A stretch of 64,000 nucleotides of DNA. Source: an uncultured Actinomycetes bacterium (lineage in GTDB: Bacteria > Actinomycetota > Actinomycetes > S36-B12 > UBA10799). Positions 39,716-50,014 of the stretch are shown in pieces (the stretch's first letter is position 1; each line of letters opens with the position of its first letter). A model generated the notes under the pieces. That model had not been told where the DNA came from. It was given only the letters and a program-made list of their open reading frames with translations, and did no database searches. Where the stretch lies: assembly GCA_964556255.1 (NCBI GenBank), contig CAZKVQ010000009.1:582-64581 (forward strand). Reading direction: 5' to 3'. The translations under genes and the position numbers were made by a program.

Positions 39716-41353
39716 ATGACCGCTATGGATGCTGTGACCTCGCCCCCCGCACCTGTCAACGAGCCGATCCTCGACTACGCGCCGGGATCGGTGGAACGCG
39801 CCGAACTCCAAGCTCAACTCGCGGCCTTCCAGGCACAGGGGCCGATCGAGCTGCCGAACACCATTCACGGCGAGCAACGTCCCGCTGGCGGCACCTCGTT
39901 CGAGGTCGTGCAGCCGCATGCCCACGCGGAGGTGCTGGGCGTCGGCGCCAATTCGACCGAGGCCGACGCTCACGCCGCGGTGGTGGCCGCGCGGGCGGCG
40001 GCGCCCGGCTGGCGTGAACTGAGTTACGACGACCGCGCCGCGGTCCTGCTCAAGGCCGCCGATCTGCTCGCCGGACCTTGGCGCGCCAGATTGAATGCGG
40101 CGACGATGCTCGGCCAGTCCAAGACCGCGTATCAGGCCGAGATCGACTCCGCGTGCGAACTCATCGACTTCTGGCGCTACAACGTGCACTTCGGCCGCCA
40201 GATTATGGCGGAGCAGCCCACCTCGAGCCGGGGCGTCTGGAACCGCAGCGATCACCGGCCGCTGGAGGGCTTCGTCTACGCCGTCACCCCCTTCAACTTC
40301 ACCGCCATCGCCGGCAACCTGCCAACGGCACCCGCGCTGATGGGCAACACCGTCGTGTGGAAACCCGCGCCCACCCAGCAGTTCGCCGCCCACTACTTGA
40401 TGAGACTGCTGGAGGAGGCCGGCCTGCCGCCAGGGGTCATCAACATGGTGACTGGTGACGGGGTGGCTGTCAGCGACGTGGTGCTGGCCGAGTCGGATCT
40501 CGCCGGTATCCACTTCACCGGCTCGACCCCGGTGTTCCAGATGTTCTGGCGCCGGGTGGGGGAGCGTATCGCGGACTACCGCTCTTACCCGCGGATCGTC
40601 GGTGAGACGGGTGGTAAGGACTTCATCCTGGCGCACCCCAGTGCGGACCCGGACGTGGTGCGGGTGGCGATGATCCGCGGCGCTTTCGAATTCCAGGGGC
40701 AGAAGTGCTCGGCCGCCTCCCGCGCCTACGTTCCGCGCAGCATGTGGCGGCGCATCGGCGACGACTTCCTCTCCGAAGTGGACTCGCTGACGCAGGGTCC
40801 GACGACGGACTTCAGCAATTTCATGTCGGCCGTGATCGACCGCAAGTCCTTCGACAAGTTGTCCGGCGTGCTCGACCGAGCGCGCGCCGACGACACCGTG
40901 GATGTCGTTGCCGGCGGCACCTGCGACGACAGTGTCGGCTACTTCGTACGACCGACGGTGTTGCTGGGCACCGATCCGACGCGGGAGTTCTTCGTCCACG
41001 AGTACTTCGGCCCGCTGCTGTCGGTTCACGTATACGACGACGCCGACTACGACGCGGTGCTCACCCAGCTCGAAGGGGTGTCCCCCTACGCACTCACCGG
41101 CTCGATCATCGCCCGGGATCGGGAGGTGATCGCGGCCGCGACCGAGGACCTTCGGTTCGCCGCCGGGAACTTCTACATCAACGACAAGCCCACCGGTGCC
41201 GTCGTCGGTCAGCAGCCGTTCGGTGGCGGCCGAGCCTCGGGTACCAACGACAAGGCGGGCGCACCTCAGAACCTGCTGCGATGGACGTCCACACGGTCTA
41301 TCAAGGAGACCTTCGTGCCGGCGACGGACTACCGCTACCCGTTCATGGATTGA
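39716..41353 (+). CDS. pruA: L-glutamate gamma-semialdehyde (1-pyrroline-5-carboxylate) dehydrogenase
   Basis: MLGQSKTAYQAEIDSACELIDFWRYNV..., ETGGKDF and the aldehyde dehydrogenase catalytic Cys region GQKCSAASR. Start at ATG 39716 within the longer track ORF. Confidence 0.9.
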   Translation: MTAMDAVTSPPAPVNEPILDYAPGSVERAELQAQLAAFQAQGPIELPNTIHGEQRPAGGTSFEVVQPHAHAEVLGVGANSTEADAHAAVVAARAAAPGWRELSYDDRAAVLLKAADLLAGPWRARLNAATMLGQSKTAYQAEIDSACELIDFWRYNVHFGRQIMAEQPTSSRGVWNRSDHRPLEGFVYAVTPFNFTAIAGNLPTAPALMGNTVVWKPAPTQQFAAHYLMRLLEEAGLPPGVINMVTGDGVAVSDVVLAESDLAGIHFTGSTPVFQMFWRRVGERIADYRSYPRIVGETGGKDFILAHPSADPDVVRVAMIRGAFEFQGQKCSAASRAYVPRSMWRRIGDDFLSEVDSLTQGPTTDFSNFMSAVIDRKSFDKLSGVLDRARADDTVDVVAGGTCDDSVGYFVRPTVLLGTDPTREFFVHEYFGPLLSVHVYDDADYDAVLTQLEGVSPYALTGSIIARDREVIAAATEDLRFAAGNFYINDKPTGAVVGQQPFGGGRASGTNDKAGAPQNLLRWTSTRSIKETFVPATDYRYPFMD

Positions 41354-41429
41354 CGGCGGTCTCGGGAGCTGAACCCAGCACCGCGGCGCGGCTCGTCCGG
41401 TTGCCTCTTCCGAGATTGGGTGCGGCGGA

Positions 41430-41930
41430 TCAGGAGTGCTCGGCCAGCCATTGGTTGCCCAGCTTGGTCTCCTGTCGGACCGCCCGCTCGAGTTGTTCGA
41501 CGATGATCTCCTCGATCTTGCCCCCCACCAGCGGCACGGTGGACCTGACCTCCAACTCGACCCGGCAGACGCTGCCGTCGGCGGACGGCTCCAACGACAG
41601 CCGACCGTCGGCCGAGGCCGGTGCTCCCTGGAAGGTCACCTTCACCGACGCCGTCCGGGCGCCCTTGTCATCGGCAGGGCTCCACTGCTGCTTCTCGTCG
41701 ATGACCACCGTGTCGCCCAGGAACTTCTTCGCCACCGAGGGCACTTGGGCGGGCAGGGTTCGGGAGACATCCACCACCACGTCGGAACCGACCTTCTCGA
41801 CACTTATCGTCGGGTCGGAGCCGCCCGTTCCAGAGACCTTGACGGCCAGGAACCCGGTGTCGGAGTACATGGCGAACACGTCCTTGCAGGAGGCGTTGTA
41901 TTCCATCTCCGCGCTGATCTTCTTCGACAT
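41430..41930 (-). CDS. DUF2505 / SRPBCC-fold protein
   Basis: From ATG 41930: MSKKISAEMEYNASCKDVFAMYSDTGFLAVKV...VPLVGGKIEEIIVEQLERAVRQETKLGNQWL has the pattern of the DUF2505 family. Confidence 0.7.
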   Translation of the reverse strand: MSKKISAEMEYNASCKDVFAMYSDTGFLAVKVSGTGGSDPTISVEKVGSDVVVDVSRTLPAQVPSVAKKFLGDTVVIDEKQQWSPADDKGARTASVKVTFQGAPASADGRLSLEPSADGSVCRVELEVRSTVPLVGGKIEEIIVEQLERAVRQETKLGNQWLAEHS

Positions 41931-42025
41931 GGCTGGTTGCTGGTTCCCATCGCTCGAGGGTTGAGTTCCCGACCGTGTTTCGGTTCCGCAGGGCTTCCCG
42001 AACAGGCCGCCGCTAGCCTGACAGA

Positions 42026-45000
42026 GTGGCAGCCGATGATGCACATCTAGCAAGCGATCCGATCGTCAACGACCTCCTGCAACGGGGCCTGGATCAGGCC
42101 GAGGCCGGGCATCCGCTGGTGGACCGGGAAGCCCTCGGCCACCTCATCAGGCTCTACTACCAGTACGTGGACCCCACCGACCTGATGGAATCCGACCCGA
42201 TGGATCTGGTCGGGACCGTCACCAGCCATCGGCGGCTGGCTGAGAATAGGACTCCCGGCACTTCGAATTTGGCGGTATTCACCCCGACCATCCCGGTCAA
42301 CGGTTGGGCGTGTGGTCACACGGTCGTACAGGTCGTCAGTGAGGACATGCCCTTCCTGGTCGACTCGATCAGCCTCACCCTGACCCGCAATGGCCACGAT
42401 CTGCACGCGGTGATCCATCCGCAGTTGGTGGTCCGCCGGGATGACGACGGCAACCTGCTGGAGGTGCTGGACGTCGTCTCCGACGAGCCGCTGCCCAGCG
42501 GTACCATCGCGGAAGCCTGGATCCACATGGAGATCAATCGGGAGTCCGACCAGGAGGAACTGCAGGCCATCGAGCGGCGAATCGAGGACACCCTGGTCGA
42601 CGTTCGCGCCGGGGTCGAGGACTGGGAGGTTATGCGGGACAAGGCGCTGGAGTTGGCGGGGGAACTGGCTGACAACCCACCGGTGACGGTGCCCCCGGCC
42701 GAGAGCGCGGAGGCCAGCGCCTTCCTCTACTGGCTCGCCGACAACAACTTCACGTTCCTCGGCTACCGCGAGTACGAGTTGACCGACGACGGCAACCAGT
42801 TGCTCCCGTTGCCGAACACATCGGTGGGCATGATGCGCGACGCCCCGGAGGTGTCAACATCGTTCAGCAAGCTCTCGCCAATGGTCCGGGAACGCGCGCG
42901 GGAGCCGAAACCGCTGGTACTCACCAAGGCCAACACCCGATCGACGGTCCACCGTGATACCTATCTCGACTATGTCGGGGTGAAGAGGTTCGACGACGAG
43001 GGACGGGTCGTGGGGGAGCGACGTTTCCTCGGGCTCTACACCGGGGCGGCGTACGTGCAGCCGGTGGGAAGCATCCCGGTGATCCGGCAGCTGGAGTCCG
43101 AGACCGTCGAACGCGCAGGTTATCCACCGTCGTCGCACCGCGGTAAAGACCTGGTCCAGTTCATCGAGACGTACCCACGCGACGATCTGTTCCAGATGTC
43201 GTCCGGGGAGCTCAACCGCATCGCCACCTCGGTGCTGGCGATGCAAGAGCGGCGCCAGACGAGGGTGCTGCTGCGGGAGGACGCCTACGGACGGTTCTAC
43301 TCGGTGCTGGTCTACCTCCCCCGGGACCGCTACACCACCGATGTGCGGCTGGAGATCCAGGACATCCTGATGGAGGCGCTCGACGGCGTGACCGTCGACT
43401 ACACCACCCGGGTGTCGGAGTCGGTGCTGGCACGGCTGCACTTCGTTGTGCGGGTTGCCTCGGGCACCACCACCGGGCCGGTTGACCTCGAGGCCCTGCA
43501 GTTGCGGGTGCGGGCCGCTGTCCGCTCCTGGGACGACGACTTTGCCGATGCTCTCGTCGCCGAGGTCGGGGAGGAGGCGGCCGCCGCGCTGTTCACCCGG
43601 TACGCGGCGGGTATGCCGCCGGCCTACCGGGAGATGTTCTCGGCCCGGGCCGCCGTCGCCGATGTGCAGCGGTGGGAGTCGATCGGCGGCGATGAGGGCT
43701 TGGTGGTCTCGCTGTACGAGCCGCTGGACAGCGTCGGCGGCGACCGAAGGCTCAAACTGTTCCGCACCGGCTCGCCGGTGTCCCTGCTCGAGGTGCTGCC
43801 GCTGCTGGCCTCCCTGGATGTCGAGGTCATCGACGAGCACCCGTACGCCGTGCCGCGGCCGGGGGGTACGACGGCCTACCTGTACGACTTCGGTCTCCGG
43901 TTGCGCGGGATCGACTCGGTTCCTGAGGTCGAGACCCTGCCTGACCGGTTCTGTGCCGCGTTCGTGGCCGGCTTCACGGGGTCCTTGGAGGCCGACCGGA
44001 TCATCGGCTTGGTGACCCGTGCCGGCCTGGACTGGCGACAGGCTTCCTACGTGCAGGCGTGGGCGCATTACACCCGCCAGATCGGTTCCCCGTTCAGCCT
44101 CACGAGTATCTCGGCGGCGCTGATGGCGAACCCGGACCTGATCCGACTGTTGGTGGAACTGTTCGAGACGGCCCACGATCCGGATTTCCGGGGTGATCGC
44201 GAGGCTCGCACCGCCGAGTTGAACGAGGCCCTGCTGCTGGAACTGGACAAGGTGCAAAGCCTCGACCACGACCGAATCCTGCGCCAGTTGATCGGGCTGG
44301 TCGGAGCCATCCTGCGCACCAACGCCTTCCAACTCCGTGACGGCAAACCCAAGGAGTGGCTGTCGTTCAAACTCCACCCGCGGGATGTTCCCGGGATGCC
44401 GGAACCTCGGCCGCAGTTCGAGATCTACGTGTCGTCGCCGAAGGTTGCCGGTGTCCACCTCCGGTTCGGCGAGGTGGCCCGTGGCGGTCTGCGTTGGAGC
44501 GACCGCCGTGACGACTTCCGCACCGAGGTACTGGGGCTGGTGAAGGCGCAGGAGGTCAAGAACGCGGTCATCGTCCCGGTGGGATCCAAGGGCGGGTTCG
44601 TCGTGAAGAACCCGATCACCGAGGGGACCCGCGAGGAGATCCTCGCCCAGGGGCAGGACTGCTACCGGACCTTCATTTGCGGCCTCCTCGATCTGACGGA
44701 CAATCGGGTGGACGGCGAAGCAGTGCCACCGGAGCGCACCATCAGGCGCGATGGTGACGACACCTATCTGGTCGTGGCGGCGGATAAGGGCACGGCGACG
44801 TTCAGCGACCTCGCGAACTCGATCTCCGCGGAGTACGGGTTCTGGCTCGGTGACGCCTTCGCCTCCGGGGGGTCGGTCGGCTACGACCACAAGGCCATGG
44901 GAATCACGGCGCGCGGTGCCTGGGAATCGGTCAAGCGGCACTTCCGAGAGCTCGGGGTCGACTGTCAGACCGAGCAGTTCACCGTCGTCGGCGTCGGCGA

Positions 45001-46894
45001 TATGAGTGGTGATGTGTTCGGTAACGGCATGCTGCTGAGCGAGCAGATCAAATTGGTGGCCGCGTTCGACCACCGACATATCTTCCTGGATCCCGACCCG
45101 GACCCGGCGGTCTCGTTCGCCGAACGACAGCGGTTGTTCGAACTCCCGCGGTCCAGTTGGAACGACTATGACCGGTCGCTGATATCACCCGGTGGCGGTG
45201 TGTATGCCCGTACCGAGAAGTCCATTCCGGTGACGCCGCAGGTGCGGGCGGCGCTGGGCATCGACGAGCAGGTCGACCGGCTCAGTCCGCCGGAACTGCT
45301 GCGCCTGATCTTGCTCGCCCCGGCGGACCTGTTCTGGAACGGCGGTATCGGCACCTACGTCAAGGCCTCCACCGAGACCGACCTGCAGGTGGGTGACAAG
45401 GCCAATGACGTGATCCGGGTCGATGGCCGCGATCTGCGGGTCCGCATCGTCGGGGAGGGCGGCAACCTGGGCCTGACCCAGCTCGGCCGGATCGAGGCCT
45501 CCCGGGCGGGGGTACTGATCAACACCGACGCCGTGGACAATTCCGCCGGGGTTGATTGTTCCGACCACGAGGTCAACATCAAGATCCTGCTCGACCGGGT
45601 CGTGGCCGATGGTGACCTGACGTCTAAGCAGCGCAACGAACTCCTCGCCGCGATGACCGACGAGGTCTCCGACCTGGTGCTGACGGACAATTACGAGCAG
45701 AACATCCTGCTCGGTAACGCGAGGGTGCAGGCGCCGGACATGCTGCCGGTGCACATCCGGCTGATGCATCACCTCGAGCGGATCGGACTCCTCAACCGGA
45801 GGTTGGAATTCCTGCCCGACGATGAGGAGTTGACGCTGCTGCGGGAACGCGGCGAGGGCCTCTCGTCGCCGGAATTCTGCACCCTGCTGGCATACGCGAA
45901 GATCGCCGTCACGGCCGAGTTGAATGCGGTGGGCCTCGAATCCGAGCCCTACTACGACAAGGTGCTGGCCGCGTACTTCCCCGAGCCGCTGGTGGCACGC
46001 TACGAGAACCGGCTGGCCGATCATCCACTGCGACGGCAGATCATTTCCACGATGGTGTCCAACAACATCATCAACCGTGGTGGTATCACTTTCGTCTACC
46101 GAGCACTGGAGGAGACCGGCGCCTCGGCACCGGAGGTCGCGCGCGCCTACTCGGTGGCGCGTGAGGTGTTCGACCTGCCCTGGTACTGGTCGGCGATCGA
46201 GTCGCTGGACAACCAGATCCCCACCGTGGCTCAGTCGGCGCTGTTCCTGGAGGTGCGACGGTTACTCGATCGGGCCACACGGTGGTTGCTCACGACCAGG
46301 GGTGGCCGGCTCGACGTCGCAGGTGAGATCGAACGTTTCGGCGGACAGATCACCGAGCTGGCGCCGGAGGTACCCGATCTGCTGGTGGGTCCCGAACTGC
46401 AGCGGCTCGACGAACGCACAGCGGAATTCGTCGCGCTCGGCGCCCCGGAGGAATTGGCCCGCGACATCGCCTCCCTGCTGGATGTGTTCTCCCTGCTTGA
46501 CGTCTGCCAGATCGCCGGTCGCACCGAGACCGATGCCCGCGACGTTGCGGCCATCTACTTCCAGCTCAGCGCGCGCTTCGGGGTTGATCGGTTGCTGGGC
46601 CAGATCACGGGTCTGCATCGGGAGGATCGCTGGGACGCGCTTGCCAGGTCCTCGCTGCGCAGTGACCTATACGGAGCCCTTGCCGGTTTGTGTTCCCGGG
46701 TTATCCGAGCTACCCCGGAGGGTGGCGATCCGGTGGCGCGGATCGAGCATTGGGAGTCGTTGAACGCCGAGGGTTTGGCGCGCGCCCAGGCGACGTTGAC
46801 CGAGATCGCGGAGGGATCCGCTTCCTCGCTCGCCACTATCTCGGTGGCATTGCGTGTCATCCGGACCTTGGTCTACCAGGCCCCGGGGGAGTAG
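42026..46894 (+). CDS. NAD-specific glutamate dehydrogenase, large (L_180-type) form
   Basis: 1622-aa ORF with a GTG start. The catalytic core reads GGLRWSDRRDDFRTEVLGLVKAQEVKNAVIVPVGSKGGFV...VVAADKGTATFSD...DHKAMGITARGAWE, and the long N- and C-terminal regulatory regions are typical of the family. Confidence 0.92.
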   Translation: MAADDAHLASDPIVNDLLQRGLDQAEAGHPLVDREALGHLIRLYYQYVDPTDLMESDPMDLVGTVTSHRRLAENRTPGTSNLAVFTPTIPVNGWACGHTVVQVVSEDMPFLVDSISLTLTRNGHDLHAVIHPQLVVRRDDDGNLLEVLDVVSDEPLPSGTIAEAWIHMEINRESDQEELQAIERRIEDTLVDVRAGVEDWEVMRDKALELAGELADNPPVTVPPAESAEASAFLYWLADNNFTFLGYREYELTDDGNQLLPLPNTSVGMMRDAPEVSTSFSKLSPMVRERAREPKPLVLTKANTRSTVHRDTYLDYVGVKRFDDEGRVVGERRFLGLYTGAAYVQPVGSIPVIRQLESETVERAGYPPSSHRGKDLVQFIETYPRDDLFQMSSGELNRIATSVLAMQERRQTRVLLREDAYGRFYSVLVYLPRDRYTTDVRLEIQDILMEALDGVTVDYTTRVSESVLARLHFVVRVASGTTTGPVDLEALQLRVRAAVRSWDDDFADALVAEVGEEAAAALFTRYAAGMPPAYREMFSARAAVADVQRWESIGGDEGLVVSLYEPLDSVGGDRRLKLFRTGSPVSLLEVLPLLASLDVEVIDEHPYAVPRPGGTTAYLYDFGLRLRGIDSVPEVETLPDRFCAAFVAGFTGSLEADRIIGLVTRAGLDWRQASYVQAWAHYTRQIGSPFSLTSISAALMANPDLIRLLVELFETAHDPDFRGDREARTAELNEALLLELDKVQSLDHDRILRQLIGLVGAILRTNAFQLRDGKPKEWLSFKLHPRDVPGMPEPRPQFEIYVSSPKVAGVHLRFGEVARGGLRWSDRRDDFRTEVLGLVKAQEVKNAVIVPVGSKGGFVVKNPITEGTREEILAQGQDCYRTFICGLLDLTDNRVDGEAVPPERTIRRDGDDTYLVVAADKGTATFSDLANSISAEYGFWLGDAFASGGSVGYDHKAMGITARGAWESVKRHFRELGVDCQTEQFTVVGVGDMSGDVFGNGMLLSEQIKLVAAFDHRHIFLDPDPDPAVSFAERQRLFELPRSSWNDYDRSLISPGGGVYARTEKSIPVTPQVRAALGIDEQVDRLSPPELLRLILLAPADLFWNGGIGTYVKASTETDLQVGDKANDVIRVDGRDLRVRIVGEGGNLGLTQLGRIEASRAGVLINTDAVDNSAGVDCSDHEVNIKILLDRVVADGDLTSKQRNELLAAMTDEVSDLVLTDNYEQNILLGNARVQAPDMLPVHIRLMHHLERIGLLNRRLEFLPDDEELTLLRERGEGLSSPEFCTLLAYAKIAVTAELNAVGLESEPYYDKVLAAYFPEPLVARYENRLADHPLRRQIISTMVSNNIINRGGITFVYRALEETGASAPEVARAYSVAREVFDLPWYWSAIESLDNQIPTVAQSALFLEVRRLLDRATRWLLTTRGGRLDVAGEIERFGGQITELAPEVPDLLVGPELQRLDERTAEFVALGAPEELARDIASLLDVFSLLDVCQIAGRTETDARDVAAIYFQLSARFGVDRLLGQITGLHREDRWDALARSSLRSDLYGALAGLCSRVIRATPEGGDPVARIEHWESLNAEGLARAQATLTEIAEGSASSLATISVALRVIRTLVYQAPGE

Positions 46895-47022
46895 CCAACG
46901 CTCTAACCAAGCGCACCCAGGGTCGGGCCGCGGGCGGATGTCAGCCACCCCCGCATGCCTGCCGGTGTCGCTCACGACCCAGGCAGGCGTGCCCCGGATC
47001 ACGCTCGGGATAGGCTTGCACG

Positions 47023-48129
47023 GTGGATCCGGAGCTGGCAGAGCAGATCGAGTCGCTGGCATCCGACCTCGCGGGGATCGAGTCGGTCCTGGACCTTCCG
47101 AAGATGCGGTCCGACATCGCAGACCTGGAGGCGGAGGCCTCCGCTCCTGACCTGTGGGATGACCAGGACAAAGCCCAGGCCGTCACGTCGAGGCTGTCGG
47201 TGCTGCAGGGCGAACTTCGCAAGGTGGAGGCCCTCACTGCCCGAATGTCCGACCTCGCTGTGCTGGCCGAGCTGGCCGCCGATGAGGGGGACGATGACGT
47301 CGCCGGTGAGGTCGAAGCGGAGCTCGCGGCCCTGCAACGCGAAATCGGCGCGTTGGAGATTCGGACCCTGCTGTCCGGCGAGTACGACCGTCGGGATGCG
47401 CTGGTCAGCATCCGGTCAGGCGCCGGTGGAGTGGACGCCGCTGACTGGGCAGAGATGCTGATGCGCATGTACACGCGCTACTGCGAACGCAAAGGCTGGC
47501 CGGTGGAGGTCTTCGACACCTCTTACGCGGAGGAGGCCGGCATCAAGTCGGCGACCTTCCAAGTCTCGGCGCCGTACGCCTACGGAACCCTCAGCGTCGA
47601 GCAGGGAACGCATCGCCTCGTGCGCATCTCGCCGTTCGACAACCAGGGGCGCCGACAGACCTCTTTCGCAGAGGTCGAGGTGATCCCGGTGATGGAGAAG
47701 ACCGAGACGATGGACATCCCCGAGGACGAACTGCGGGTGGACGTCTACCGCTCGTCGGGTCCCGGCGGTCAGGGTGTCAACACCACCGACTCGGCGGTGC
47801 GGCTCACCCACCTGCCCACGGGGATCGTCGTGTCATGCCAGAACGAACGCTCCCAGCTGCAGAACAAGGCGACGGCGATGGCAGTGTTGCAGGCCAAGTT
47901 GCTGGAACGGCGGCGCCAGGAGGAGCAGGCCAAGATCGATGCCCTCAAGGGTGACACTGCGGGCTCCTGGGGTAATCAGATGCGTTCCTACGTCCTGCAC
48001 CCGTACCAGATGGTGAAGGACTTGCGCACCGAGACCGAGACCGGCAACACCTCCGCGGTGCTGGATGGGGAGATCGACGAGTTCATCGAGACCGGAATCA
48101 GGTGGCGTCGGTCGCAGGTCGGAGCCTGA
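47023..48129 (+). CDS. prfB: peptide chain release factor 2
   Basis: SPF tripeptide (RISPFD) and GGQ motif ([16 protein letters not shown]). A single uninterrupted ORF from GTG 47023. Confidence 0.93.
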   Translation: MDPELAEQIESLASDLAGIESVLDLPKMRSDIADLEAEASAPDLWDDQDKAQAVTSRLSVLQGELRKVEALTARMSDLAVLAELAADEGDDDVAGEVEAELAALQREIGALEIRTLLSGEYDRRDALVSIRSGAGGVDAADWAEMLMRMYTRYCERKGWPVEVFDTSYAEEAGIKSATFQVSAPYAYGTLSVEQGTHRLVRISPFDNQGRRQTSFAEVEVIPVMEKTETMDIPEDELRVDVYRSSGPGGQGVNTTDSAVRLTHLPTGIVVSCQNERSQLQNKATAMAVLQAKLLERRRQEEQAKIDALKGDTAGSWGNQMRSYVLHPYQMVKDLRTETETGNTSAVLDGEIDEFIETGIRWRRSQVGA

Positions 48130-48362
48130 GTCGGGGCCTGCTGCGTTGGGCCGTCCACAGGGGAGCGAGCATTCCCGCGGCCGGTCAAGATGGCTTTACG
48201 AAACCCCCTCTGGGCTGCGAAAACGCCCAATGACGAGCAGGTTTTCCACAAGCGGGCGTGTCGGGTAACCGTCGGGTTGGGCGGGCCGTCCTATGGTTGC
48301 CAGATATTCACCCGGTGCCGGGTGGAGTAGGTCACCAACGACACTAGTGAGGGCCCCAAGCC

Positions 48363-49052
48363 GTGATCCGCTTCCAGCAGGTGACGAAGCGCTACCGTCA
48401 CCAGGCAGCGCCTGCGCTGCTCGACGTTTCCGTCAATATCGAGGCGGGCGAATTCGTCTTCCTCGTCGGGCCGTCAGGTTCCGGCAAGTCCACCTTCATG
48501 CGGCTGATCCTGCGCGAGGACCGCGCCACCGCCGGACAGGTGATCGTCAACGGTCGTGACGTGGCCACCCTGAGCCGCTGGAAGGTGCCCGGCTTGCGCC
48601 GTCGCATCGGCACCGTCTTCCAGGATTTCCGGCTGCTGCCCAACAAGACGGTCTACGAGAACGTGGCATTCGCCCTTGAGGTGCTCGGCCGGCCTCGGTC
48701 GTACATCCGAACCGCGGTGCCGGAGACGCTGGAACTGGTCGGTCTGGCGGACAAGGGTGGTCGACGCCCGCACGAACTGTCCGGCGGCGAACAACAGCGG
48801 GTCGCGATCGCGCGTGCGTTCGTCAACCGGCCGCCGGTACTGATCGCGGACGAGCCAACCGGAAACCTGGACCCGACCACCTCGGTGGGCATCATGCGCC
48901 TGCTGGACCGCATCAACCGCACCGGCACGACGGTGCTGATGGCCACCCACGACGCGGCCATCGTGGACCAGATGCGCAAACGGGTCGTAGAACTCGACGC
49001 TGGTCGTATCGTGCGCGACCACGCGGTAGGCGTTTACGGGAGTGTGCGCTAG
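48363..49052 (+). CDS. ftsE: cell division ATP-binding protein FtsE
   Basis: Walker [13 protein letters not shown] signature LSGGEQQR, Walker [13 protein letters not shown]. Immediately upstream of ftsX. Confidence 0.93.
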   Translation: MIRFQQVTKRYRHQAAPALLDVSVNIEAGEFVFLVGPSGSGKSTFMRLILREDRATAGQVIVNGRDVATLSRWKVPGLRRRIGTVFQDFRLLPNKTVYENVAFALEVLGRPRSYIRTAVPETLELVGLADKGGRRPHELSGGEQQRVAIARAFVNRPPVLIADEPTGNLDPTTSVGIMRLLDRINRTGTTVLMATHDAAIVDQMRKRVVELDAGRIVRDHAVGVYGSVR

Positions 49053-49054
49053 CC

Positions 49055-49957
49055 ATGAAGATCCGATTCATCACCAAAGAGGTGTTCGAAGGCCTGTCCC
49101 GCAACGTCACCATGACGATCGCGGTGATCCTCACTGTGGCAGTGTCGCTGACACTTTTCGGGACCGGGCTGCTGGTGCGCTCGCAGGTCGAGACCATGAA
49201 GGACTACTGGTACGACAAGGTCGAGGTCTCGGTGTTCCTCTGCGGAGCCACGTCCGATGCAACCACCTGCCCGACCGCTGTTACCCCCGCTCAGCGACAG
49301 GCGATCCAGTCGAAGTTGGCCGGGCTGCCCGTGGTCGAGCAGGTGTATTACGAGTCCTCGGACGAGGCCTTCAACCGGTTCCGTGAGCAGTTCAAGAACT
49401 CGCCGATCTTGGAGAACGTCACCCCGGCAGCCCTGCCGGAGTCGTTCCGGGTGAAGCTCACCGATCCGCAGGAGTACGCCACAGTCGCGTCGGCGGTCGC
49501 CGAGCAGCCGGGCGTCGAGCAGGTGCGCGACCAGAAGAAGCTGCTGGATTCGTTCTTCACCCTGCTCGGTGGTTTGCAGGCGCTGGCTCTGGGGATCGCT
49601 GCCGCCATGCTGATCGTGACGGTGCTCTTGGTGGCGAACACGATGAGACTCTCGGCCTTCAGCAGACGCCGGGAAACCGGGATCATGAAGCTCGTCGGTG
49701 CCAGCAACTACGCGATCCGACTGCCGTTCCTGCTGGAGGCCGCCCTGGCGGCCGCCCTGGGTGGCGCGCTGGCGATGGGTGCCCTGGTCTCGATCAAGGT
49801 GTTCCTGGTCGACCGGGTTCTGGCGCCGACCTTCAAATTCACTGCCTTCATCGGTTGGGAGGACGTCACCAGGGTGCTCCCGGTGGTGTTCCTGACCGGC
49901 GTCGTCCTAGCCGCCCTGGCTGCATTCTTCGCGATCCGTCGATACCTGAAGGTGTGA
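49055..49957 (+). CDS. ftsX: cell division permease-like protein FtsX
   Basis: 300 aa with the 4-TM FtsX topology, a large first extracellular loop and the conserved MKLVGASNYAIRLPF segment. Confidence 0.9.
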   Translation: MKIRFITKEVFEGLSRNVTMTIAVILTVAVSLTLFGTGLLVRSQVETMKDYWYDKVEVSVFLCGATSDATTCPTAVTPAQRQAIQSKLAGLPVVEQVYYESSDEAFNRFREQFKNSPILENVTPAALPESFRVKLTDPQEYATVASAVAEQPGVEQVRDQKKLLDSFFTLLGGLQALALGIAAAMLIVTVLLVANTMRLSAFSRRRETGIMKLVGASNYAIRLPFLLEAALAAALGGALAMGALVSIKVFLVDRVLAPTFKFTAFIGWEDVTRVLPVVFLTGVVLAALAAFFAIRRYLKV

Positions 49958-50014
49958 GAGGCAACCGTGACCGGACCGACTGGCAGCACAGCATCATCCC
50001 GTGAAGGAGGACGC

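Noticed and set aside
46895-47022. Imperfect hairpin GCATGCCTGCC-N17-GGCAGGCGTGC after the NAD-GDH gene, as a terminator
   Set aside because: The stem has a mismatch, the loop is long and there is no U-tract. It is not convincing as an intrinsic terminator and not distinctive otherwise.
47023-48129. Programmed +1 frameshift site in prfB
   Set aside because: The gene is one continuous ORF from GTG 47023. There is no in-frame early UGA and no CUU UGA C motif with an upstream SD-like element. Absence of the frameshift is common in Actinobacteria.
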